A stretch of DNA of 64,000 nucleotides from Blepharisma stoltei ATCC 30299 (GCA_965603825.1 CBFDEM010000056.1:682001-746000); one strand, 5' to 3'; positions 48,575-58,601 are shown, counted from the first letter of the stretch. Notes: a model not told the origin generated them from the sequence alone. Translations and numbers: made by a program.

Positions 48575-49528
48575 ATGGATTACAGAATCAATCTCAGTGA
48601 CATCGATATCCTTCAAACCTTAGGCAAAGGTATAAGCTATTTAGGTGCTTATGGAAGAGTGAGGCTTGGCTGCATGAAATCAACTGGCCAATATGTAGCA
48701 GTAAAAATAATAAAAAAAGCAGCAATATTACAACAAAAGGAAGTTGAGCATCTAATCTCAGAATTTTCAATTTTAAGAAGAATCAATCATCCTTTTATAG
48801 TAGACTTCAAAGGATTTAACCAAGACTCGAGGTACTTATATTTGATACTGCAATATGTGCCAGGTGGGGATCTTTTCAGATACCTCCGAACTATCGGGAA
48901 ACTTGAAAACAGCCATGCGTGTATTTACGTTGCGCAGATGATTTTGGCTTTGCAATATTTACATCAAAATAATATTGTATATAGAGATTTGAAGCCAGAA
49001 AATATTTTAATTGGAGCTGATGGTTACTTAAAGCTAACAGATTTTGGGTTTGCCAAAGTTATAGAAGCAAGAACTTATACTCTTTGTGGTACACCAGAGT
49101 ACTTAGCTCCAGAAATCATATTAAATAAAGGCCACGATCATAGTGTAGACTGATGGACTATCGGAGTTCTTATTTTTGAAATGCTTGCAGGGATTGACCC
49201 ATTCAACACAAATGATCCATCGAAAATATACAAAAGGATTCTTAGTGGAAAAATAAGATATCCACAAAATTTTAACCCAAGGGCCAAAAATTTAGTAAAG
49301 CATTTGATAGTCCACGATGCCTCCAAAAGATACCGACTCAACGACATAAAAAATCACGCATGATTTGAAGAAATTGACTGAAACCGTCTGCTGCGCAAAG
49401 ATCTCCGGATGCCATATGTCCCAGTACCCCGAGATCCCACAGAAAATTCCAACCTCGGCTACTACCCTGACTCAGTGAATCTGGCTCCAGAAATTGCTCC
49501 AGAGTCCGACCCATTTATAGAGTGGTAG
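48575..49528 (+). CDS. cAMP-dependent protein kinase catalytic subunit-like (2 exons)
   Basis: GKGAYGRV after splicing, YRDLKPEN, DFG, RTYTLCGTPEYLAPE, VD[TGA][TGG], HA[TGA]FEEID[TGA], DPFIEW-TAG. Confidence 0.93.
48630..48644 (+). other. 15-nt spliceosomal intron, in-frame and stop-free
   Basis: gtataagctatttag; A at -6; removal restores the GxGxxG loop. Confidence 0.88.
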
Positions 49529-49561
49529 TGTAAGCATAATGTTAATAACTTTTTTTATCTA

Positions 49562-49756
49562 TTAAAGCTCGATTTTTGGCTGCTGTGTAAGCAAGAGGCC
49601 AAATCTCTTCTTGCATGTAATCCTCTCCTGTGAAAAGGCATCATCAGGTGAAAACTTTGCTGGATGTGCTGACTGAGTGCAGGTGCTATCTGGTGCTTCT
49701 TCCTTTAGCGTATAAACTCTTTTACCGTCAGACCCTTTGTAATGTCTCAAAAGCAT
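49562..49756 (-). CDS. NOP10: H/ACA snoRNP subunit NOP10
   Basis: GKRVYTLK...[24 protein letters not shown]. Confidence 0.96.
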   Translation of the reverse strand: MLLRHYKGSDGKRVYTLKEEAPDSTCTQSAHPAKFSPDDAFSQERITCKKRFGLLLTQQPKIEL

Positions 49757-49812
49757 TATGCAATTATAATTCCATATTAAAAGCCTCAGATTATTAAGGA
49801 TAGGTATTAAGC

Positions 49813-50604
49813 TTATTCTGCGTGCTTCTTAATGAAATCAGCTTGTTCTTCTAAGATGGACTTCTTAACACCTTCTCCCTTAGGCAGAGCTACCAAAGGT
49901 TTTTTACCTTTTCCAATGACAAAAGCGTAGGTCAGTCTGGTGGCGAACACGTTTCCATGGGCATCTTTGATGTGGACAATATCAAAACCACCTTCGTGTC
50001 TTTCTAAGTAGCTGAGGGTTCCGACTCTTCCAGTGTTTTTACCTCCAGTGACCATGACCAAGTTTCCCATTTCCATTTTGACGAAATCGCTGATTTCTCC
50101 AGTGGCCAAGTCGAGCTTAATGCTGTCGTTGATCTTAATATCTGGATGTGGATATCTAAAGGTCCTTCCATCATGTGTAATAATGTATGGCACATGGTTT
50201 GGCCCTACAATACGATTCTTGACCTTGCAAAGCTTGAATTTTGCTTCAGCTTCATCAATCCTGAGTACCTGGAAGCGTCCTTTGGTGTCGTAAAGGAGTC
50301 TGAAGTGTTCTTTTGTTTGAGGGAGTGAGATGACATCCATGAATCCAGTTGGGTACTTCACGTCTTTTCTGACCTTGCCGTCAACCATGACTGATCCGTG
50401 CCTGTCTTTCACGATTAGTGTGGCTTCTCTGAAATTCAGAGCGTAGCGAAGTCTGTTGCGGAGCAAAACAACGAGAGGAAGGCACTCACGGCGCTTGTGT
50501 GGGCCAGATGATGGACGAGGAGCCCAAGTGCCACCCATTTTGCTAAGCATCCAGTGATGAGGGGCTCTGATTCTCTTCAAGTGTTTTTTGATTCCTCCAG
50601 CCAT
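49813..50604 (-). CDS. RPS4: 40S ribosomal protein S4 (eS4)
   Basis: [37 protein letters not shown]. Confidence 0.98.
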   Translation of the reverse strand: MAGGIKKHLKRIRAPHHWMLSKMGGTWAPRPSSGPHKRRECLPLVVLLRNRLRYALNFREATLIVKDRHGSVMVDGKVRKDVKYPTGFMDVISLPQTKEHFRLLYDTKGRFQVLRIDEAEAKFKLCKVKNRIVGPNHVPYIITHDGRTFRYPHPDIKINDSIKLDLATGEISDFVKMEMGNLVMVTGGKNTGRVGTLSYLERHEGGFDIVHIKDAHGNVFATRLTYAFVIGKGKKPLVALPKGEGVKKSILEEQADFIKKHAE

Positions 50605-50676
50605 AACCACAGATTATTATGGAATCTGAAATTAGGTTTAGTTGATAATTTAAGTATGAAGAGATAGCTTTAGTTA

Positions 50677-51180
50677 TTAAAACTTCAGTAAGTGAGGATA
50701 CATCCCATTTCTAAGTCTAAATTTGGTGGAAAGATACTTCTTAACTGTAACATCTGAAATGTTGATTTTGCCATCTATTTGTTTTTGAGCTGCTTTTTTG
50801 AATTCTGGAGTTTCTTTTTTGGTAGCCTTTGCTACGAAGAATTGTTCTTCTGATTTGGCTGCTTTGGCTTTTGGCTTAGCAAAGAAAGCATCGGTGACTG
50901 AGGATAGATCGAGTCCGTCTGTAGGGATTGAAAGGGTTGTTGGGATTGTGTAGGCTTGTGGAATACGTTTGAGAGGAACACCATTTAGCTTGTAAGGTCC
51001 TGTGACTAGGAGAAGTCCGCTTTCAAGTTGCTTTAGGAAGATAACTCTTTTTCCTTGATGTTTGCCGGCAAGTAATATTAAAATTTGGCCTGGCTTGATG
51101 TTTCCGCGAAGACGAGTTGGCTTCTGTTCTTCTTTAACCTTAGATTGTTTGTAATCTTCAGTTGGATACCACTTGACCAT
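50677..51180 (-). CDS. RPL6: 60S ribosomal protein L6 (eL6)
   Basis: PGQILILLAG..GKRVIFLKQL.SGLLLVTGP..LNGVPLKR; YPH.LKF end. Confidence 0.97.
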   Translation of the reverse strand: MVKWYPTEDYKQSKVKEEQKPTRLRGNIKPGQILILLAGKHQGKRVIFLKQLESGLLLVTGPYKLNGVPLKRIPQAYTIPTTLSIPTDGLDLSSVTDAFFAKPKAKAAKSEEQFFVAKATKKETPEFKKAAQKQIDGKINISDVTVKKYLSTKFRLRNGMYPHLLKF

Positions 51181-51441
51181 TTTGCTAAACTATTAATATC
51201 CTACCATAAATAAATTAAATAATTTCCTCTGCACAAAGTATAACTTTATGAAGATTTTGTATAAAACTCTATAGAATTCTATGAATTGTAAGAAAATATT
51301 GCCCAGTTACAGACGTGAATGGATTTTTTATACTCAAGAAGAAAAACAATTATAGCTAAGCATAATAAGTTTTATTTAATTAAACAGAAATATAGAATTT
51401 GCTTAATATTTTAAATCATTCCATAAATGATAAATTTCGAC

Positions 51442-52380
51442 TTATTTTAGATTTCTAAATCTGTCTTCCATTGAGTCCAAATAATTTGAACCTTTAAAAT
51501 CAGGATAATTCCCTTGGCTTGGAAATTCAGTTGGAGGAGACGGAAATTGATTAGGATCTCCATTAGGTTTTGATGACGGAAATTGATTAGAGCCTCCAGT
51601 AGATTTTGGTGATGGGAATTGATTAGAGCCTCCATTAGATTTTGGAGATGGGAACTGATTTGCACCACCATTTGATTTTGGTGATGGGAACTGGTTAGAG
51701 TTTCCATTTGGCTTTTGCCCTGAAGCTGGTCTATCAACTTGCTGGCTTCCAGGTCTTGAGTTAAGATCAGGAGCATTAGGAACATACTGGTAATTATTAA
51801 ATTTCATCATCTGCATATCACTTACATTTTTCGCTTGGTCTTTTGTCACATAATCCACCTTTTTTGCTGCAGCAATTTCCTGAATTTTCACTAATTTAAG
51901 CTCCTCACAAGGAACAGTCACAGTTAATTTTTCAATAATCATTTTATTTACAAGATGATTTTCATCAAAATTGGCTTTCTTTGAAAATTCCACACCAAAT
52001 TTTGCGGTGAACTGCTGACGAGCTTCTATTAATTCTTTGCAGTCTACTCTATTAGCTGCGTAAATAATAGATTCAACAGCAGTTCTTATATCGGTTGGAC
52101 ATTCCTTTGCTCCCCTGAATTGCTGGATTCTTTCGCAGCACTGGAGACAGAGTAAATTTATGACTTCTAATGCCATCAAGAGATTTTCGTTGTTAATGTA
52201 ACCTTCAACTTTTATGCTTGCCATCTCTTCTTGGCCACTTCGAAGAAACCCAGCGATTTCGTCTCTTAATTGAGAGTTTTTGCCGATGATCTTGTTTTTA
52301 AGAATACCAATTCTGATAGAACTCATTTTTAAGCTTGAATGAAGCTTTCTTGGGTTAAATTTCACCTGAGTGTTTCCCAT
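51442..52380 (-). CDS. IST1: IST1-like ESCRT-III-associated protein
   Basis: N-terminal IST1 domain (EIA.FL..G..E.A.IKVE, SIIYAA.R.DCKEL) and MIM1-like C-terminus LDSMEDRFRNLK. Confidence 0.88.
   Translation of the reverse strand: MGNTQVKFNPRKLHSSLKMSSIRIGILKNKIIGKNSQLRDEIAGFLRSGQEEMASIKVEGYINNENLLMALEVINLLCLQCCERIQQFRGAKECPTDIRTAVESIIYAANRVDCKELIEARQQFTAKFGVEFSKKANFDENHLVNKMIIEKLTVTVPCEELKLVKIQEIAAAKKVDYVTKDQAKNVSDMQMMKFNNYQYVPNAPDLNSRPGSQQVDRPASGQKPNGNSNQFPSPKSNGGANQFPSPKSNGGSNQFPSPKSTGGSNQFPSSKPNGDPNQFPSPPTEFPSQGNYPDFKGSNYLDSMEDRFRNLK
51536..51697 (-). repeat. 36-nt coding tandem repeat (NQFPSPKSNGGx, about 5 units) in IST1
   Basis: NQFPS recurs every 12 aa. Confidence 0.9.
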
Positions 52381-52649
52381 TTTTATAGCTCAGAAACAGT
52401 TTGGTGGATAATGAAAATAGTTTTCTTAATTGAAATTTATAAGAATATTGATATTATATTTAAATTTATATGGCGAATAAGATTTTAAATAGAAATATTA
52501 TACAAAATGCTTTAATAAAAAGCTTAATGGCTTAAATATTTAAATATCAACAACCAATCTATTAAAGTTAAAGAGAAAAAATAAAAATTACAGATGTTGT
52601 ATCTTGTTTAAATTATCTCATTTATCTTATTTGATAAGTCTATTTCGTT

Positions 52650-52771
52650 TAATATCTCTTATAAGATCGCCTATCTTGCAGCTACCGCTGCCATGGCTCT
52701 AGAGTTTCTTTTTTCTCGCCCGGAAAGACTTTTGAGACAGCCTCAAATGAAAAGAGTCCAACACAGGCTTC
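52650..52771 (-). ncRNA. Candidate box H/ACA snoRNA
   Basis: GC-richer island. Minus strand folds by eye as hairpin (GCCUG/CGGGC; UUUGAGG/UCUCAAA), H box AGAAAA (52711-52716), hairpin (CUCU/AGAG, GCC/GGC, GCAGC/GCUGC), then AUA (52653-52655). Confidence 0.45.
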
Positions 52772-53207
52772 GATGGAGGTAAATCTTATCAAATAATAAT
52801 GGTTCTTTTTGAAATTATTTAAAATTACAGGAGCATTTATAATTTCATTTAAATTGTGCATTTATACAAAGCAAGCTCACAAAGAAGTATGTTTAAATAC
52901 CATATAATTAGTTGGTTAATGACAAAAAGTAGAATCTAGACAACTATTAGCAATTAATTAATTCGATGCTCAATGCTATATAAATGAGAATTAAGCTTTA
53001 TTAGTATCTCTCTATATCAATTCGCTATTTTTAAATATTTGAATAGCATCTATTCAGTATAATATAGAGATTCGAATTTCAAAGCCTAGCATTCATTATC
53101 TTTTCAAATCCAAATTGCATTAATAAATCAAAAACCTAAAATTAACATTTATTTCATGGCTGTATGCATTTCGCTTATTATTTGGAATAATTAACCTGTT
53201 AACTAGA

Positions 53208-53606
53208 TTATTCTATTGGTTGTCCTTCAAGCACATTGACTCTCTTCATGCCTAATAAGATTGGAAGAATTGGATAAAGTGGGAGTAAAGCCCAACGAAG
53301 CATCCAAACCTTATCAAAGAATGGGTCAAGTCTTCCTCTATTATGAGCGTCTTTTAGGTGATAGAAGATTTTAGGCTGAGCACAATTTTCAACGCATTCA
53401 ACCCATTGTCTGAATCTAAAAATGCACTTTTTCTCACTATCAACTCCTTTGATGATTTTAAGTGCTGCTTCGCATCTTTCTACCATAGCTTTGTAATCAA
53501 GGCACTTTGGTTTGCACCATTCAAGGACAAATGGTTTGGGATCTTCACCTTTTTGGAGGGTTTCTAAGACTTTATGATGTAGTTGGTCCTCTGATAAATC
53601 AGCCAT
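53208..53606 (-). CDS. QCR6: Cytochrome bc1 hinge protein (QCR6/UQCRH) with C-terminal extension
   Basis: DPK....WC.PKC...C...C...W..CV.NC.QPKIF..LK hinge pattern. Confidence 0.85.
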   Translation of the reverse strand: MADLSEDQLHHKVLETLQKGEDPKPFVLEWCKPKCLDYKAMVERCEAALKIIKGVDSEKKCIFRFRQWVECVENCAQPKIFYHLKDAHNRGRLDPFFDKVWMLRWALLPLYPILPILLGMKRVNVLEGQPIE

Positions 53607-53946
53607 TTATTTATGAACCAATTGAGAATGCTGTTTAAGATATTCCTTTTTAAAATTTGATTAAATTGAGATCTTAAGAAATCCATGCTCTTGCATTAGA
53701 ATATGCAGCAAAGAAGAAGATCTCAATGGTTTGAAAGGGTGCTTTTTCTTATTTTACTTTTAAAATAGTTAATTATTAAAATTTATGCATTTTTAAGCTA
53801 AAAATATGTTTCAAAAAGGGAAAATTATCAATGTTCAGTCTCTCTACAGTTTTTTCAAGTTTATTTATAATTCAAAAATATGCATTATTAGAGTTTTCAT
53901 AATTTAATATGCAAGTACTTTTCATCTTAATTAAAAAAATTAAGTT

Positions 53947-54363
53947 ATGCGCTTAATTAACCTCCTATTTAGATGCTGTAACTGGGTTCGTGAAAAAGAT
54001 AATGATAGCACTTCAATTGACATAAACCATCCTCCAGATCTCACATTAAAGAAAATCGAAGACTACTCAAGTTTATATGAGAAAAATAATCTTTCAGAAA
54101 GCTTACACTCAATCTCGGAGGTGAAACTAGAGGTTTCGAAAAAAGAAGAACAAGAAAATGCAGAAATACTCCAAAAAGCACCACCAAAAAATTACCCCAA
54201 AATCCATTTGATTAATCTTGAGGTTTCTCCTGATCCAATTGTGCTTTTTGAAAAGAAGGACAAAAATAACATAAAAGTAGCTACTCCTCATAAGAAGAAA
54301 GCGAAGAAGAAAAAGTCGAGTGAAAAGGCTTTGAAAAAGGAAGAAAAGAAAAGTGAGAAATAA
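53947..54363 (+). CDS. Hypothetical Lys/Glu-rich protein
   Basis: 138 aa ORF ending TAA; RCC near the N-terminus. Confidence 0.6.
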   Translation: MRLINLLFRCCNWVREKDNDSTSIDINHPPDLTLKKIEDYSSLYEKNNLSESLHSISEVKLEVSKKEEQENAEILQKAPPKNYPKIHLINLEVSPDPIVLFEKKDKNNIKVATPHKKKAKKKKSSEKALKKEEKKSEK

Positions 54364-54903
54364 ACTATGTTATAAATTTTAATGTAAATATAATCAAACT
54401 TGTTAAAATGCTCTTGAGGAATGTCTGAATTAAAAGGTATCTGTTTTTACGGATATTAGCAAATCAAAGCATATTGCATAGGCTAGTAGGTTATTGGTTC
54501 TTTGGAAAATGAAGTATCACTTGCAAGTAAATTAAAAATGAAACGAAATCTTTATAAGCTATTTTATAAGAGTAATATTTCTTAAAGTAAAACTCAGCAA
54601 AGTTTATCTTGAAAAAATAGTGATTTTCAAACATATAAATAAATTACCAAAAAACGCTAAAATAACAAAATTTAACTACAATTTAGAAAGTGTTATTAAT
54701 CCATAATCTTATTTTTGAATAAAGGTTTCAAATGTTATTAAGTAAATTACATAGTCTCTCATTAAAGTTCTAGGAGGATGATTATTTAGTTTTCTTTTAT
54801 CAAGATGCTTCTAAAAGAATTATATGTATGTTTTTAAAATGTTTTATCTAAAATAATATATCTTACTTTGATTCATTATTCTAATATTTTCCATAATTAC
54901 AAA

Positions 54904-55644
54904 ATGCAGTCAATTCCTCAATTAAAACGCTTAGAAGATTTCGAACTTCCAAAATATCAAAATTCTTGTCCTCAGCCGAAAGGTGTCCGTCGCTATCATG
55001 TCCATAAGAATTTTGTATCTTCAGAATACGCACTTGCCCAAGATGATTATTCAAACTACTTAAAGCGAATTTTAAAACTGGATTCATCTCCAACTCCAAG
55101 TCTTTCCTATAGATCTCCAACTCATATGAGCACTCAATCGACAACAACTGATGACTATTATAAAAATGAAATTCCTACAAGGTCAGTTTCTTCACTAGAA
55201 AAACCAGTTACGATAATTAAGGTAAAAGACAGTGGAATACAGACAGAAATTTTCGAACAAAAAAATGAAAGCTCTAGCGATGAAGAAGAGGAATATAGAG
55301 AAAGACTGTCGAGAATAAGAGAAAGTAGAAGCTTAAATCAGCTTCCAAATATTAATACGCAAGAGCCACCCTCAAAACTGCTCCAGCCTCATTTAAATTT
55401 GTCTAGTCCAGTTAGAACCCCATATAGTAACACTATGAACCCTTATGCCACGCCAAAAAACATAAACCCTTTTATTGATTACGGAAAACTCCCAGCTTTT
55501 CAGCAGCCTCTATATTCTCATAACCACCCAAAACTTCACCCAGACAATCCTATTGTGGGTTATGGAAGAGATGCTTATAAATACACGCCTAGAAAGATGT
55601 CAAATTTCGGTACTATGATGGTAAAGCCTAACAGTTTTAGATAA
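54904..55644 (+). CDS. Hypothetical protein, tandem paralog A
   Basis: MQSIPQLKR...HKN.VS..YALAQDDY...GIQTE...SNFG.M..KP..FR, shared with the next gene. Confidence 0.75.
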   Translation: MQSIPQLKRLEDFELPKYQNSCPQPKGVRRYHVHKNFVSSEYALAQDDYSNYLKRILKLDSSPTPSLSYRSPTHMSTQSTTTDDYYKNEIPTRSVSSLEKPVTIIKVKDSGIQTEIFEQKNESSSDEEEEYRERLSRIRESRSLNQLPNINTQEPPSKLLQPHLNLSSPVRTPYSNTMNPYATPKNINPFIDYGKLPAFQQPLYSHNHPKLHPDNPIVGYGRDAYKYTPRKMSNFGTMMVKPNSFR

Positions 55645-55694
55645 TGTATTTTACATTAAAATAATGAAAATAAATTATAATCATATCTATAATA

Positions 55695-56492
55695 ATGCAA
55701 AGCTTCCCTCAAACCAAAAGACCAGAGGATTTAAGATTTTATACGAATCGGGCTGCACATCTTCATCTGAATGGCAAAAAACGATTTTTTATGCATAAAA
55801 ATTCAGTTTCTCCAGATTATGCATTAGCTCAAGATGATTATACAAATTTTTTAATTAGAAGTGCGAGGATGGATATAAATCAAATTAAAGATAACCCGAT
55901 GCTTTCACCTTCACGGATAAGCGGAAGTATACAAAATTTTGAAGATTATGATAAATTTACTCAAAGTAGATCGGTTTCACAAATGGAATCACCAGTAAGA
56001 AAAATAAAAATAAGTGAGATTGGAATTCAGACTGAAAAAAATAAAGAAAGTTTAAATGAAAGAGAAGAAACTGGTAACCTTTATTTAAATTTGAAACCTA
56101 GTCCTAGTCTTAACGCATTACCCACATTTAATAAACACGAAAAGCACCGCAGGAATACAGTAAGAAATGATTTTTCCAGTCCAATTAGTCCATATGCAGC
56201 TGCTGACCATACAATCACCAATAAGAATAAAGAAGAACAAAATATTTTTTATCAGCAAACCCCAAAACATTATCAGCAATATAAAATAGGTTATCAAAAC
56301 CCTTTCCCTAATATCCCAGCTTCAGATACCCTAAAATTTCATAGCGAATCTCCATATCATTCTCCCAATGCCAACCAAATTTTTAGGCCTCAGAACCAAT
56401 TAATTTCAAATAATCAAAGTAACGTTAACAATTTCTCCAGTAACCTTTCAAACTTCGGCTCAATGCTTATAAAGCCTACCAATTTTAGATAA
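55695..56492 (+). CDS. Hypothetical protein, tandem paralog B
   Basis: MQSFPQTKR...YALAQDDY...GIQTE...SNFGSMLIKPTNFR. Confidence 0.75.
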   Translation: MQSFPQTKRPEDLRFYTNRAAHLHLNGKKRFFMHKNSVSPDYALAQDDYTNFLIRSARMDINQIKDNPMLSPSRISGSIQNFEDYDKFTQSRSVSQMESPVRKIKISEIGIQTEKNKESLNEREETGNLYLNLKPSPSLNALPTFNKHEKHRRNTVRNDFSSPISPYAAADHTITNKNKEEQNIFYQQTPKHYQQYKIGYQNPFPNIPASDTLKFHSESPYHSPNANQIFRPQNQLISNNQSNVNNFSSNLSNFGSMLIKPTNFR

Positions 56493-56515
56493 TTTTGTTA
56501 AAAAATTAAATAAAT

Positions 56516-58601
56516 CTATGATTCTATTAAAAGTTCAGAAATAGTGACTGAGCTAATTCGGATATTTTCCACAAATCCGCTCCAGTCAGGTCTAATTGTA
56601 TCTTTAAGAGCTTCAAATTCTAAACTTGCTCCTGAGCAGCTGAAACTAATAATTTCAATAATATCATTATCAGCCATAATAGGCCTCAAAATAGGGGGTG
56701 TTAAAACAGGTGGCATTTTGGGTGCTGGCCGCAATATATTGACACCTCTATTGTCTTCGTATTTTCCTGTAATATTTCATCTCACATCTGCGTCAAAATC
56801 ATGGCTCATCGCTGTGTTCAATCCTAACCAATATTCATTTGTGGGGTATTTTTTGTGGCCTTTTTTAACTACTAGTGAGCAAGCAATGCGGATATTAGGT
56901 ACTGGGTCATTGGCAGCATTTGATAATTCTTCTGCAAATAAACTTTGGAAGTCAGGTAAATCTACGAGATGAAGAGCAGCTTGAGAAAAAATCAATCGGT
57001 TTGTATAGCTCGGATCAATTGCAAAACTTTTGATTGCTCGACTTATTTCTTCTTTTTTGTCTGATGATAATATTAGAGCTCCAGCCCTCCCTAGTCCTAA
57101 TGCAGCCTCATCTCGAATTTTTGCAATTTTGTCTTTGCATAAATCAAAAATTATTGGCCAAAGATCGCCTATAATAATAGAAATGGGATATAAGTCTACT
57201 AAATCTTCTAATTGCTTAGCGATAGCATGCCTTGTTCTTCAGTTTCCATTTTTTGAGTTTTTTTTTATATACTGCAGAAAAACTGGCCTTGACTCTTCTT
57301 TGATATATTTCAAAAAATTAGCTAAATTATCCAATGCAATTGATTTTGCGGGGCATGTTTCTAAAAACATTCCTTTGTAAACTTTTATCAAATCATTACT
57401 TGCTGCCTCTGGACCTATAACTTTTGCTACTTCATGGATACTTCTTGCTATGCTCTTTTTCGCTATATTTTCTCCTTCACTGCACAGTTGGAAGTACGAG
57501 CCGCTTAAGATATTCCAAGTTTCAGGGCCTAATATCTGCAGTATTCCTGGAAAATAATATGCACAATGATGCTGAAATTCGCCTTTACAGGTATTGTTTT
57601 GCGATAATCCTACAAACTGATCTAAAATTGCTGGCAATAATGCTCCTTTAGTGTATGCAATTATTTCTCCTAACTGTAATAAAGTAGCTTGCTTTACAGA
57701 ATTGGATTTATCTTTCATCATTTCTATGAATCTCAGCTGCAGAATGTTTGCTTGCGCTTCTTCATTATAAACTTGAATCATCAAAGAAAATCCTTCCACA
57801 CATGATTTTCTAACTCCCCAAATAGGATCATTACTCAGTGTTATATAAATATTCAGCAGTTTATCCAATAACGCAGGCTTTGCTACCTGTTTAGCTGTCT
57901 TTGGCACACAATAAGCCACAAATTTTCTAATTTTTACTATTGGGTCTGCTGCAAATGATGCAATTTCAGGAATCACGAAATGTTCACAAATATCGGAAGT
58001 GATATAAGGAATAATATCTTTTAGAGCGGTAAATCCTTTTAGCTTATTTTCTTCTTCTTCATCATGTATTAATCTTAGCACTAAAGTCAAAATAACACCT
58101 TCTCTTTCGTCTTTTTCTACAATAGGAGTTAGTTTTATTGCAGCATCGCATGCACCTTTAATAACTTCAGAATCTGGATCACAAAATAATTTATCTAAGC
58201 ATGGCAGAATCTGCTCTACAACGTCTGAATAAGAGTGCATTTCTTTGATAAAAATATCTGCTAAGTGAGGTAGCTGCAAAGCAAACTCAGTTTTAATTTC
58301 AGGTTGATCTTCAATCTGGCTGATTAGGGCTTACAATTTGAGAGAATACATTGAACGCTGAGTCTTTTGATGATTTTCCAAGTTGCTGAAGAAGCTCAGG
58401 CAGGTTCCTTGTAAATTTTATGCGGTCTGATATAGAAGTTGAAATTGCATATTGACTAATTTTGAACAAAGCAAAGTCTATAGAAAGATCTCCAGTGCTT
58501 CTGGGAAAATTGACAACCCCTGGACCATTCCAATCATCTTGATCTAATGCAGAACCTATAGGAAGATTTATTGAAATGTCTGTGCGAGTTGAAAACTCCA
58601 T
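56516..58601 (-). CDS. HEAT-repeat phosphatase scaffold (PP4R1 / PP2A-A-like), 2 exons
   Basis: DPIWGVRKSC, CAYYFPGI..LG..W, N[TGA 57239]RTR and DPVPNIR HEAT motifs; TGA at 56777; TAG at 56516; frame change bridged by intron 58316-58334. Confidence 0.85.
58316..58334 (-). other. Putative 19-nt intron
   Basis: GTAAGCCCTAATCAGCCAG; of the short GT-AG options examined, only this one joins the two frames. Confidence 0.6.

Noticed and set aside
50677-51180. RPL6 looks N-terminally truncated
   Set aside because: Short eL6 without the long metazoan N-terminal extension is normal in yeasts and protists.
51536-51697. 36-nt periodic repeat as a CRISPR array
   Set aside because: In-frame coding repeat within IST1, with no unique spacers and no cas genes, in a eukaryotic context.
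52650-52790. Structured island as telomerase RNA, RNase P/MRP RNA or SECIS
   Set aside because: No CCCUAA-type template, too short for RNase P/MRP helices, and no adjacent selenoprotein; the H/ACA layout fits better.
1469-57241. TGA as selenocysteine or cysteine
   Set aside because: TGA aligns with TGG/Trp in paralogs and in known family motifs, not with Cys.
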